A DNA stretch of 63,877 nucleotides, filler included, from Hyphochytrium catenoides (Eukaryota; Protista; Hyphochytriomycota): NCBI GenBank assembly GCA_900088475.1. It is 6 parts of 6 records of this genome, joined end to end, with 100 filler letters (N's around TTAATTAATTAA, not from the genome) between each part and the next. Parts side by side here need not be neighbours in the genome. Positions count along the whole stretch, not along the records: positions 25,088 to 48,049 come from FLMG01004104.1; 5 more parts are not named here. One strand, 5' to 3'. Position 1 is the first letter of the stretch; every line of letters starts with the position of its first letter. A model generated the notes under the pieces. The model saw only the letters and a program-made list of their open reading frames with translations, searched no databases and was not told the origin of the DNA. Shown piece by piece: positions 25,088 to 36,010 of the stretch. Made by a program: the position numbers and the translations under genes.

Positions 25088-25759
25088 ATGTAGAAAATTT
25101 ATATATCCCATCGCGAGTGCGACAATAAATACCAATTGTTACCGCAAACACCTGCAGCGATGCAATGGCAACCACCACCTCAGAAGGAACACCGTCCTAA
25201 TGTCTCACCCCAGACGTCTGTTATAAATCTTAGGCTTTTGATTCGACGTCTGTTTTTATCTTAGGCGACTAGAAATTGATCTGCTGGTTTTGTAGGTAAG
25301 CCTAAGATGGGATGGTCGCTGGTTTTTACCAGTACATTTCTTAGACCTAATGGCCGCTAAAGGGCGTCGTCGTCCCTCGTCCCATGACAGTCATTTCGGG
25401 AACTCTACGACTGTGTAGAGAGTATCTCAGACAGAATATTATCTATGGACATTTTGGGTCCGTCCCCACCTGCCCCCCTGTCATCAGGGATACATCCTCT
25501 CCCCCACCCACCTTCGGCCGCCACCCTTTGATTGACGCTCCAAACGGGTTTGTATACAGACCTACCCACCCTAGGAGAGGTGTTTTGTTCCCATCGAAGA
25601 GACAGAGTGAGCCTTTTTGGTGTTATAGCTATGTAGAGTTGGTGTACGAGATGGTCACGAGGGTTTACCTTTGCAATAGGTATAACTAGAAGGTTCTCAA
25701 AGCAAAAGTTGTTCCTTATTATTTTTAGGACAGTTTTTAGGATTTGTCTTTTTCCCCCT

Positions 25760-25835
25760 TTCTCTCTCTCTCTCACTCTCTGTCCTTCTCTCTCTCTCTC
25801 TCTCTCTTTCTCTTTTCTCTCTCTCTCTCTCTTTA

Positions 25836-25867
<32 letters not shown>

Positions 25868-25980
25868 TTTCTCTCTCTCTCTCTCTTTCTCCTTTCTCTC
25901 TCTCTCTCTCTCTTTTCTCATTTCTCTCTCTCTCTCGCTCTCACTCTCTCTGTCTCACTTAATATCCTCTCTCTCTCTCT
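25760..25980. repeat. (CT)n microsatellite block; similar blocks at about 7555-7615, 44420-44620, 47855-48049, 52810-53100 and within many introns
   Basis: Dinucleotide runs are directly visible and generate many spurious ER/SL-repeat ORFs. Confidence 0.95.
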
Positions 25981-26631
25981 CCTACTCACTGGACCAAGCA
26001 ACTCTTTTTTCCTCTCCTTTTCCTCTCCCGCTGCGTTGCTCTCTGCCCCATCATTACCTTTCGTTCCCCTGTCAGAGGCCAAGAGAAGAAGAATAGGGCT
26101 GATGGGCAAGGTCACAGGTGATGATGCGGTCGGCTCCCAAGAAATGGTTGTTCGTCGTCGGCTGCACAGTCAGCGGAGTGGCAACCCGCTTTTCTCTTCT
26201 TCCCTCTCATCATCACCCTATCCAAAAGAGAGAGAAAGTGGGAGAGAGCTCATGCTAGAAGAGAAGAGAGCGGAAAAGTTGATTGAGAGGGGGAGAGAGG
26301 ACAAGCGAGGCCATCGCGGGAGACTGAAGGAGATCCCCGTCTTTACTCGGATTTGGCTAATAAAAGACATGGAGGAGCCCACTTCAGCAGGAAGAAAAGA
26401 AGAGCGACGGGAAAAATGGGGAGCTGACGTGGTTGCGGATATCTCTCTCTCTCGTCTTTCTCTCCCTTCCACTCTCTACCTCTTAGAAGTGTAGGAGTAT
26501 GCGGCGAGGAGAAGAGGAAATGTGGAACGTCGAAGAGAAGAAGCCGTGAGAGGAGAGAAAGTGACAGACAGTGTCGGAAGAAAAAGGCAAGAAGAGAAGG
26601 GAGAGGCAACAAGAGCAAGCAAGAAGAGAAC

Positions 26632-28773
26632 ATGAGTCAAGTGACAACGATTCGCATATTGCTCTCTGACTCTCTCCTCCTCCTCGGACTAAGCTCTCTT
26701 TTGACCGCCCTGTACATCGGACTTTACACTGCAGCCATCCAGTCCTTACCTCAGCCAGCCACACCTCTTTACTGTGACAACAGCTGCCCAGGAACAAGAA
26801 AGAGAGATTGCGACTTTGAATTGCCGTTTCTCTCTCCCTGTGGGCTAAGCTACAGTCTTGGCGGGTATCTCTTCGTGGCAATCGGGAGCATTCCGTGCAG
26901 CTACGCAGGCGTGGCAGTGGTTTATAGAGAGACATTTGGCTCTAGACCAGGGACGAAGAAGAGAGAGAGAGTGACGGTTGGTACTGTCGCTCTTATCCTG
27001 CTCAGTACCGCACTCTATGGCGTGGAAGCCTTTCTCTTAGAGACCAACACTTTTGCAGGACAAGCGGTGTTTGCCCTGCTTAACGGCTGGCTTTTCTATG
27101 ATGGAGACGCCATAGAGTTTCTTCTCCGCCTGACAGCTAATTTTCTTCCCACACTCTCGGCGATCCTGATGCTGCAAGTTGTCTTTCCTCTTCTACTCTC
27201 TTCTTCTTCTGTCTCATCTCATGCTGGCTCTGGAAGGACTGTCAACGGACTGATAAGCTTTGGCTTGCCTGCTGTGTTCTTCTCTCTCTCTTTCGTCACT
27301 AAGCAGTGCATAAGGCTGCTCCTAGGAAGGGAAAAGAGGATGGAGATAGAGGAAAGAGGAAGACAAGACAAGGCAACATCGTCTTCTTCTTCTTCTTGGT
27401 CTCATTCCTCTCCTGATGCCACGCTCTTCGTCATGTACATCCTTTATCAGCTGCTGCAGCTCACTGCTAGTATCAGCAGAGGAAGAGACTCTCTTACCGT
27501 TGTATCTCTCTCTATTCTTTCCTCTTGCACAGGGTACATTCTCACACTGGCTTGGAATCTCTCACGCCTTAGAAAGACAGGCATCTTTCACTCTCTCCAT
27601 GGCCGTCGCTTTTCTGCTAACGTCGTGAAGGTTCTTGTAGCGAGATCATCAGCCGAACACAGTTCTTCTGTCTCTCCTGCCATCTCCTCTTCCTTGCGAG
27701 AGAGGGGAGCTTGTAATAAGAATGAGAAGAAAGGAGGAGTTTTTCCAGCAGAGTCAGCAGTGTCGTCGCACTTTCCATCAGTGGTTCCTATAGAGCCCAC
27801 AAGTACAACCCAGAAGGGAGGAGGAGAGAGCCAAGAAGGAGAGCAAGAAGAAGAAAAGAGCGTCGGCCTACCTTCTGTTCCCCATTATCGCTTGTCTCCC
27901 GCCGCGGTTGCCGCCTTATCAGTTGCCCATTCCTCTCACATCACTTCTTCCCTCCTGCGAAAGTCTGAGGAGCTTCCTCCACCGCTGATGAAGGAGAGGG
28001 ACTTGGTCTTTTGCTCGGACAACAGCGCAGCTCTAGAGAGAGAGGTTGCCAACCAGGGGAAAGAAGAGACAGCTCTCTCGTCATCTATTGCTGTAAGTCA
28101 TTCTCAAGAGAGAATGGAAGAAGTTTCTACTATCAGGAAGGCCGTTCGTCAAGTTGTTCCCTCTCCACTTCTTTCCTCATCCTCTCTACGGCCCTGGGCG
28201 TTCAAAGCGCTGTCTCCTGATGAGACAAAGGAGGCAGAGACAGCAGGAGAGAGAAGACAAGAGAAAAGCAGTTTGGCTGCCACCTCCCCCTCGTCTTCTC
28301 CTGCCGAAGTGTCGCTGCAGGCACATCTCGAGGCCTCAGCAATCCTTTGGAAACGTATGGCGCTCTCTCTCATTGTCGCCACAGTGTGCGGCATGGCGAT
28401 TACCACGTCTCTGATCCCCTTTCGCAACTACTTCTTGGCCCGACTAATCTTCAGCGCTGCCTGCTATCGGCCGAATATTAGTTTATCTGAAGCTTTGAAC
28501 CTCGAATGGCAGCTCTTCTTCATTGTCCTGACAGGATGGACGCTGATGGCAGTGTTTATTTGTACCTTGGAGGTGATGCAGGTGGGGGTGGTCCGGACGT
28601 GGCTCGTGGAAAGAAAGAAGATTATGAAGACGGCGCTGCTTCTTCAGCTTCTCTATTCACCCTTTCTCTCGGTCTCCCTTCTCCACAGCATGCTGCTTGC
28701 TCCCTCGGGAGATATCTGTTTGGCCATTGTGATGAGACAGCAGACTCTTGGCAACGAAGATTACGCGAGCTAG
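26632..28773 (+). CDS. Orphan polytopic membrane protein (713 aa, intronless): about 8 N-terminal TM segments, a large Ser/Glu-rich loop, about 3 C-terminal TM segments
   Basis: 2.1 kb uninterrupted ORF with ATG. Multiple hydrophobic stretches and a Cys-rich loop after TM1 (YCDNSCPG...DCDF...SPCG). Confidence 0.75.
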   Translation: MSQVTTIRILLSDSLLLLGLSSLLTALYIGLYTAAIQSLPQPATPLYCDNSCPGTRKRDCDFELPFLSPCGLSYSLGGYLFVAIGSIPCSYAGVAVVYRETFGSRPGTKKRERVTVGTVALILLSTALYGVEAFLLETNTFAGQAVFALLNGWLFYDGDAIEFLLRLTANFLPTLSAILMLQVVFPLLLSSSSVSSHAGSGRTVNGLISFGLPAVFFSLSFVTKQCIRLLLGREKRMEIEERGRQDKATSSSSSSWSHSSPDATLFVMYILYQLLQLTASISRGRDSLTVVSLSILSSCTGYILTLAWNLSRLRKTGIFHSLHGRRFSANVVKVLVARSSAEHSSSVSPAISSSLRERGACNKNEKKGGVFPAESAVSSHFPSVVPIEPTSTTQKGGGESQEGEQEEEKSVGLPSVPHYRLSPAAVAALSVAHSSHITSSLLRKSEELPPPLMKERDLVFCSDNSAALEREVANQGKEETALSSSIAVSHSQERMEEVSTIRKAVRQVVPSPLLSSSSLRPWAFKALSPDETKEAETAGERRQEKSSLAATSPSSSPAEVSLQAHLEASAILWKRMALSLIVATVCGMAITTSLIPFRNYFLARLIFSAACYRPNISLSEALNLEWQLFFIVLTGWTLMAVFICTLEVMQVGVVRTWLVERKKIMKTALLLQLLYSPFLSVSLLHSMLLAPSGDICLAIVMRQQTLGNEDYAS

Positions 28774-29546
28774 GGAGAGCTTACGAGAGAGATTTCGTCC
28801 CTTACTTTGGCTCCGCCAGCTTCCCTCAGTCCGCTTTGGTTCAATGGTGTCTGACCTAAGAGTTAAGCCCTGCATGGAAAGGGAAGACAGCTTCCGACGA
28901 CAGCCTTCTTTCTTCTCGCTCTTTCGTTGCTCCTGTCCTTGGACTCCGCTCACTGACTCCTCTGTTCTCCTACTCAAACCTTTCCTCTTGTGTCTTCCCC
29001 TATTTATACTACTTTTTGCTGCGGACCATTTCGCCGACCATCCGTCTGCCTTTCCTTGTCCGAGTCTTAGGCCCCTCTTCCCCTTCCCTTCCCTCTCTCT
29101 TTCAATGATCTCTCTTATTTTTCCTTTGATGTTATACTCTCTCAACCTCTTTCTTCTCCCGCAGCTTATTCTTCAGCCTCAGCTCATTGAGAGCTAAGAG
29201 ACAACAACGTCCCTGGGGCATGTGGAGAAGAGACGAATCAGCCTCGTTAAAAAGAATAAACTCTCTTCTCTCTTCCTTAGTCCGTTTCTCTCTCCCTCCC
29301 TCTTTCACTTCTGTTGTAGCCCCTGCGCGCTACAAAGGGAAGCCTCTTTGTGCATGACGCTGTCGTCCTCTCTTGCCCAGCGCAAGACGACGAGAAACGG
29401 GAGAGAAGCCCTTGAAGAACAAAGGATCGCAGTTATTCAGAGAGTTGATAGTAAGGAGAGTGAACGACAACGAAAGGTACGAAATAGATATGGAGATAGT
29501 AAAGGGAGAGAGAAAGGTATTGGCAGGGAGGAGTGGCGCAGCTGCT

Positions 29547-30632
29547 TCATCTCGTCAGGCTTGTCCGAAGTCTCTTACTCCTACGCAAACCAGCAGTGGC
29601 GGCCTCAGACTTCGCTGCCCTTTTCCCTGCTTTTTCGGGCTCTAGCGGGACAACTTGTCTTTTTTCATTTAACTTGTCTTCTACCGCTTTTGTGGTTTCC
29701 AGATGAATACTTTCCGCAATATTAGTGGCTGCTTCGTGTCCCTTGGACTGCGAAAGATGCGACTTTTTGTCCAGCTCCGTGTCCTCCTCCGCTTTACGCT
29801 TTCCTTCCTTGCGTTTCGCTCTCTCGCCTTCTGCCGCGACCATTGTCTTCTTCGAGATAACTCCTGTCCTTGGACTGTTACTCTGAGCAAGACTAACATC
29901 TCCTGGGCTTCTTGCTATCCCTTCTTTCTTGGTTTGTCCCTCTTTCGCAACATCCGTAATGGGTTTGATGGCTTTCTGGGCCTGTCCTGAGTTTCCCTCG
30001 ACGAGCGGCCTCCCTCTTGTTGGAGCCTTTTGGCTAGTATTCTTGTCCGTATCTTTCCTGGACTGGAATCTTCGTCGTCTAGCTATAAAACCGGAGATGC
30101 TGGGAAAATAATCACTGTCATCAGATGTGAAATCGTCCCACTCTGCACCATTTTTGCTCTCCTCCATCGCTGTCGCATGCCTCACGTCTGCTCTGACATT
30201 TACTAGCCAAACCTTGACGTCCTCCATGCTCTTATGGAGCCTTCTGATCTCCTCTGCCAAACCTTTGTAGTTGTTGGGCTGCTCAAATGGGTTAGGGAAC
30301 TCGTCTTGGCCCACCCCTGCTAGAGAGATTAATAGCCGCCCTCCCAGTTTGTACATTTCAAGAATAAGCCGTTCGAGGTGCAGCTTCCGGCTAACTTGAG
30401 ATCCTGCAGAGTGGAACCACTCCTCCATTTCTTCCAGTTGCCGCTGAGCCCTACTGATCTCGCATCGATTTGTCAGGTTGTCCGTTCTTATAGAGGTCAA
30501 AGGGGGGGAAATGAACGTCCTGTGGTCGTTCCTTTGTTCCTCCTTCACTGCAGTGTACTCTTTAAGGACTTCGGCCAACCTGTCTCTTTCCTTCCGGCGC
30601 TTTTCTCTAATCAGCTTCTTCGTCTTCGTCAT
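29547..30632 (-). CDS. Orphan basic/coiled-coil protein (about 361 aa), possibly nuclear
   Basis: 1.1 kb ORF from ATG 30632 with a helical N-half, a disordered Lys-rich C-half and NLS-like clusters (EKRRKER, KRKEGKRK, RRSKRLR). No recognised domain. Confidence 0.55.
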   Translation of the reverse strand: MTKTKKLIREKRRKERDRLAEVLKEYTAVKEEQRNDHRTFISPPLTSIRTDNLTNRCEISRAQRQLEEMEEWFHSAGSQVSRKLHLERLILEMYKLGGRLLISLAGVGQDEFPNPFEQPNNYKGLAEEIRRLHKSMEDVKVWLVNVRADVRHATAMEESKNGAEWDDFTSDDSDYFPSISGFIARRRRFQSRKDTDKNTSQKAPTRGRPLVEGNSGQAQKAIKPITDVAKEGQTKKEGIARSPGDVSLAQSNSPRTGVISKKTMVAAEGERAKRKEGKRKAEEDTELDKKSHLSQSKGHEAATNIAESIHLETTKAVEDKLNEKRQVVPLEPEKAGKRAAKSEAATAGLRRSKRLRTSLTR

Positions 30633-33600
30633 GGGTAGCTTCCTCAAGAAGAGCAGGAGTCCGTCGAGACAGGAGTGGCGTTAAGCCCGCTGACTCTTAT
30701 TTTTTTGTAAGAGGGACTAGAAAGACGAGACGTCTGCTGCGGGGCCACCCTTCGAAGCTGCAAGACAATCGGTCACTACCGTTGAGTAGCTTCTATCCTC
30801 CTTTTCTTCTGGAAAACTCTGCAGCAGTCGTAGTTGTTACAGCTCTTTCTCACGTATCCACAGTTAGTTAGGATGAAGGTCAGCAGCTTTTACCGCTCCA
30901 TCTCCGCCATTGCGTTGCTCACTCTCTATAACAATTGAGAGATTCAGAGATTAAGGACTTCAATTCTGCAATTGAGAGCTCGGCGCGAGTTAGAAATGGA
31001 CAGCTTTTCTCACCGCAAAATTTTCTTGTTCGCAACGTTCTGAAAAGCAGAGGGAAACCACTTCAAAAAGCCGTAGAATGGCGCGAATTTAGCTATTGTT
31101 TCGGGAAGGGAGCTCTTATATTCGGCCATAGAGGAGAGTTTCGGATTAAAGCTTGTATAAACCATTTTTGCCATAAGTAGGCTCATCTAATTTTAGAAGG
31201 ACTTCATAATAGATCCTACTATAAGGTGTACTTCGTTGTAGTTTCGGACGTGGGACTGCCTGCCAAGCTTTGTCTGATTGACATCTTGTCTGGGTCTTCC
31301 AAGGCTCTGTCTGCTTTGGGCAGACACACCCCACCCCAAACACCTCCATTTCTAACACGTTTAGAACTCCAGTAGTCCTCCCTACACTATACTGTCTGTG
31401 CCTGTCAGTCTAAATCCGTCCGACACGTCGTACCACTTTCTGTTCTGCTCAGATTAGACCCTGATATTGCTGCTTTTCTCTAAGCTACATCTACAACGCA
31501 CACAATGACCTAAAGGCTAACTTACCTAGCTCACGCTAGAGTTGTAGAATGCCGAACGACAGGCCATCCTAGTCAACCCTTCGAAAATAGCAGATCACAT
31601 CTTTAGGGTCTTTGTGCAACTCATTCATATCGATAATGTTATGCCGAAGACAGTAAAATACCAAGACTGTCACGTTGTACGTGGGTTGACCCCGATGATA
31701 AATCAGACCTTCGATTCCTATCAGCTAACGCGACAATAATGGGTTGTGCAGCGTCTGTTACTTGGTAGTTCTATGCCTTTGTACAGGTACAATAATAGTA
31801 GCTTGTATAGCCTTTGGTAGTGTGAAGATCAGTGTCACATCCTGGTATGCCTGTTACTGTACTTTCACAGGATTCTGTACCAAAACAGCATGCAAAAGTT
31901 GGTTATTATTAGTAATAAAGCAGGCATGATCCTGTATCTGTATGCCTGGACAATGAAGTCAGCCCCCTGGAGTGCGTTACAGAGACGCTGAAACAACATG
32001 GCGCTTTTCTATCTTATTGAAGATAAGAACTCTTCTTCATTCAGTTCTCATCGAAACTCATAGCGCAATAATCTTCAGAAATCCAAGTCGATTAACGCCT
32101 CCGTGCCATCTGAGAAGAGTGTCAGGCCTTGCATCCAAATACAATGCTCATGTTCTTTGCTAGAGAGCAAAGTACAGCGTAAGAAATACATAAGGCTATA
32201 GACTCAAGAAGCACGGTTTGCAGAAGAATCCTGCCTACCGTTTCTCTATATCACTTCTTCAAACAGCTGTAAGATAAATGGGAGTTGGGAAAGGCCCTCA
32301 GGCGAGAGAAACTATGAAGCATCAACTTATATAGCAGCCTCCCCAAGCAAGCGATAAGACTAAAACCTGTCCGAAGGAAACTGGGTGACGTATCAGCTCC
32401 GGACCATGAGGCGGCAGCCCATGGTCAGCTCAAGCAAACATGGGTGCCTTAGCATGTACATGCTCTTTCTCGTGCTTTTTGGTTCAAGGTGAGGTGAAGA
32501 TATGACCTGTCCATTGCGTGCAAGCATCTGACCTACTGCTTTCTGCTCGCAGCTATAGAACCATTGCATGTGACGCGCCGAACTGGATAAAAAGCGGTCT
32601 AGAGTGGGATGCTTTCCAAGCTTCGGGCAGTGGTAGTAGCACGGTACGAGATAGAAGTCGTGGCGCTCTTTCCTTTTATGTCGGGGTTCGTCGTTGTCTT
32701 CTCGGTGACGCCTAATTTTACTTTGCTCGCTCGAATACGAGGGTCTCGGTCTCTCGCTTTCCTGCTTTAAGCTGATAGCCATCGTCATCCCTCAGGCTAT
32801 TCGTTGCTCTCTCACCTTGTCTTCTTATCGTTCCCTTCGTGTTCATATTCTCTCTCTCTCTCTCTCTCGCGCGCGCGTCTCTTCTCACGTTGCACCTATC
32901 TCTCTCTTTAGACCTCAACCGTAGAGTCTGGAAAGATCAGTACGAGCCCCTTCACCTTAACAGTGGGGTCCACGCAAATGAAATGCGAGTTCCCACTCAT
33001 TCGTGGCGTTCAGTATATCTTCAAAGCTGCAGACAAATGGTAGGGATCCTAGAAATGAGAGAGAGAGAGCTAGAAGTCACCGGAGATTTAGGACAGGAAG
33101 AGGAGAGAGATGGAGGGAAGAAGAGAGAGGATATCCAAGAGAGATGAGCATTTTTAAAAGCCCTCTGTTGCCTTACCACTCACCTTATCTCGTCTCTCCT
33201 TGGTTCGGGCGTCTCTTTTTTGACGTGTTAATCGCTCTCTCTTGTTCCCTAGGCATTGCATCTCCTTCCTAGAGCTCGGTGTGCGGGAAGCAGGAGCCAT
33301 ATCTCCGGTCATTGCACTCATAGGCCCACCTGCTGCGAGTTCGTCGGCTAGTTGTCTGCCGGTCAACGAAAGAGAACCGTTCAAGTCCGTTCCTGCTTCT
33401 CCTGCGTCTCTCACAGTGCTCTTTGGTAAGACAAGAGAGGACTAACAGCCTTCCCCTTCTCCCCCATGGTCCTCTATAGTCCAGGCCGTGTCTCTCTCCA
33501 TTCTAAGCTTACTTTTCTGCTAATTATGTGTGCCGAGTCCTTTGGACTTTATTGTCATTGATGGCCTCACAATTTCCCACTTGCTCAGCGAGAAGTTCTC

Positions 33601-34096
33601 CTCGAGTGGCGCAGAGTATACCAGAGCTACAACTGCCAAATGCTTTGACCTTCATTAGCACCACTGATGAAACGAGTACCACGTCTGTAGGTGTCGTTCG
33701 CCCTTTCCCTCTCTCTTCTCACTCTCTCTCTCTCTCCCTCTATTCTATCTACCTATCTATTCTATTCTATCCTATCTATTCTATCCTTTCTATCCTCTCT
33801 TTCTCTCTCTATCTAAATCTATCTATTATCTAAATCTATCTATCTATCTATTACTCTCTCTCTTACTTCTCGGTCTTGAGCGGACCGAAGCTGACCTTCC
33901 CTTTGCTATTATTGGACAGCGTTTAGCAGTCGCCACACACACTCTCTCTCTCTTTTCCTGCTCTCGTTTTGCTCTCTCTCTTTTCATCCACTATCTAATT
34001 ACCAAGTCACTCTCTAGGCGTAATCATCCTACTCTGGTGGTGGATCTTGATTGACTCTGTATATGAGTGACGTATCTTCTTTGCATCTCGTTATAG

Positions 34097-35265
34097 AACT
34101 GTACAGTGAGCGGAACCTCTTCGCTATGTGATGTCCCGGCGGCGAGCGTGGCATTCCCAGCATTTAGCTGTGCCAGTGACGTGCCTCGTCTTCCCCAGTC
34201 CACGTGGACTATTTATGGGACAGCTGCAGTGACAGGAGGTCCGGGTCTCTCTCGTGACGGTCCTAACAGTTATCTGTATCTCTTTCCGAGTTCTGCTCTC
34301 CGGCTTCTATCCCCTTTTTCTCTTTGTGGGGGCTCTATCTCTGCCCTCATGATAAGGAGTTGATCAATCTGTCTCTGTTTGTCACTGCTCGTTCTTGCTC
34401 TCACTCTCTGTTGAGTTGCTTGATGACTGTCCATACCTAGGCCTTGCTCCTTAGAGTCCGTCTTTCCTCTACCCCATTGGCAATCTCTTCTTATGGTGAA
34501 CAGGTCATGCTATGGCCACGTTGTGCTACCGGGTTGAACGTTCCTTCTATGATCGCTGTTTGCACTCTCTCTCTCTCTGTCTTCTCTGTCTCACTCTCAC
34601 ACACACACACAAAACCGCGATCTGACGCGAGGTGCCTCATCCGCATGTCTTCCTCGTCACAACTTTTTTAGATTCAGGGTCTTTGTATCAGTTTTGGAAG
34701 CAATCTAATGCGCCGTCGTCTTACGCCTGTGCATACATCCCAAGTGCCACGAAGGATGAGGTCCAACTAGGTCGCTCTGCCCTGTGGCTCTGTCTCCCCC
34801 CTCCAGCAGACCGACAGACAGCATGGACGGCAATAAAGTTTGCCAAAAGTGAGACCTGTTACTCTCTCTCTTCCTCTCTATCTTGTTCTCTCTCGCTCTC
34901 TATCTGTCAGGTTGTACTTCTTACCAGCCACTCGTATGCTCTTTCTTCCCTTGGTCCCAGTAACTCTTTAGCGTTCCCTAAGCCGGCTTCTATCTCTCCG
35001 CAAAGTACTCTAACATCTTCGGTTGGACCTCCTTCTCACTTCCTCAGGCGATGATTCTACCTGTCCTTCCTGTCCAGACTGTGGTGCGCTAGGACGGACG
35101 TCCTGTCGGCCATTCTCTACCGATTGTGGCGCCTGTTCGAGTGGATATGAGGAGAAGGACGGGCAATGTGGTAAGTGGAAGCTCCTCGTTGCTTAGTCGC
35201 TGTCTTCTGTTCCTTGGGTGTCTCTGTCAGGCGTGGACGGCGGTCAATGCGGGTTCTGCTGGTTA
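34097..35265 (+). CDS. Partial spliced gene for a Cys-containing, probably extracellular protein; boundaries unresolved
   Basis: Exons start after AG at 34097 (NCTVSGTSSLCDVP...), 34672 (DSGSLYQFWKQ...KFAK) and 35079 (NCGALGRTSCRPFSTDCGACSSGYEEKDGQC). The last two join in phase. Confidence 0.5.
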
Positions 35266-36010
35266 TCTCGTGCCTTCAAGCTACCGTTCCCCAATCTTAC
35301 CCAGTAATGCTCTCATCTTCTGTCCTTCTATCGCTCTTTCTCTGCACCTCCTCTCTTTTATCTTATATCTTTCTCTCTTTGCTCGCACTAACTCTCTGCT
35401 TCTGCAGTGCCGTCTTCGCACTCTAAAGGGGCAAAGACGACTGTGATTATCGTAGTGGTAGGGGCCGTTCTCTTCGTGTTAGCCCTGATCGTCGGAGGCT
35501 TCTTTGCATGGAGACAGTACAGCGCCACCTTGCAGAACGCGATGAGACGACGGCATAGGAGAAGAGAGAGAAGCCAAGTGTAGAGACGACGGAGGAGCTA
35601 GGAGATACGATAAGGAATAGAAGAAGTATGACAAGCTTGCTGTGGCAGCCGCCATGCATTGCTAAGAGGAATGACAAGGGCACATGACCATTATATTGAC
35701 ACAGAACAACAAGGCAAAAGAGCTTGCTAGCGAGGGTTGGTGCCGCCAACTCGCGTTCTAATGGAAAAGTAGAGAGTAAGAGAGAGCGACCAGAGTAAGA
35801 GAGAGAGAGAGAAAGAAGAGAGAGAAAGGGAGTCTTTATGAGCTAGCCCAGCAACTAGTATAGTTAGTATGAACATGGCCCAAGTAATATATACGCTAGT
35901 GCTATTATAAATAGTCATCAAAAGAAGCTAGGTTAACTCCTAGAAACATGCAGCTTGCGCTTCCTCTCTCCTTCTCTCTCTCTCTCTCTCTCTCTTTGTT
36001 CTCTTCCTCT

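Noticed and set aside
25205-25270. Two copies of gacgtctgtt...atcttaggc about 33 bp apart (CRISPR-like or transposon subterminal repeats)
   Set aside because: Only two imperfect units, a eukaryotic context, no cas genes, and no terminal inverted repeat or TSD identified.
25697-26494. Long ORFs rich in SLSL or ERER (also 5057-6408, 44410-44898, 54006-54714, 56357-56851, 62528-63464)
   Set aside because: Translations of (CT/GA)n microsatellites, which lack stop codons. Most lie in introns.
31750-31990. Possible MITE with cagcgtctgt ... acagagacgctg ends
   Set aside because: The inverted match is short and imperfect, with no TSD or second copy in the window.
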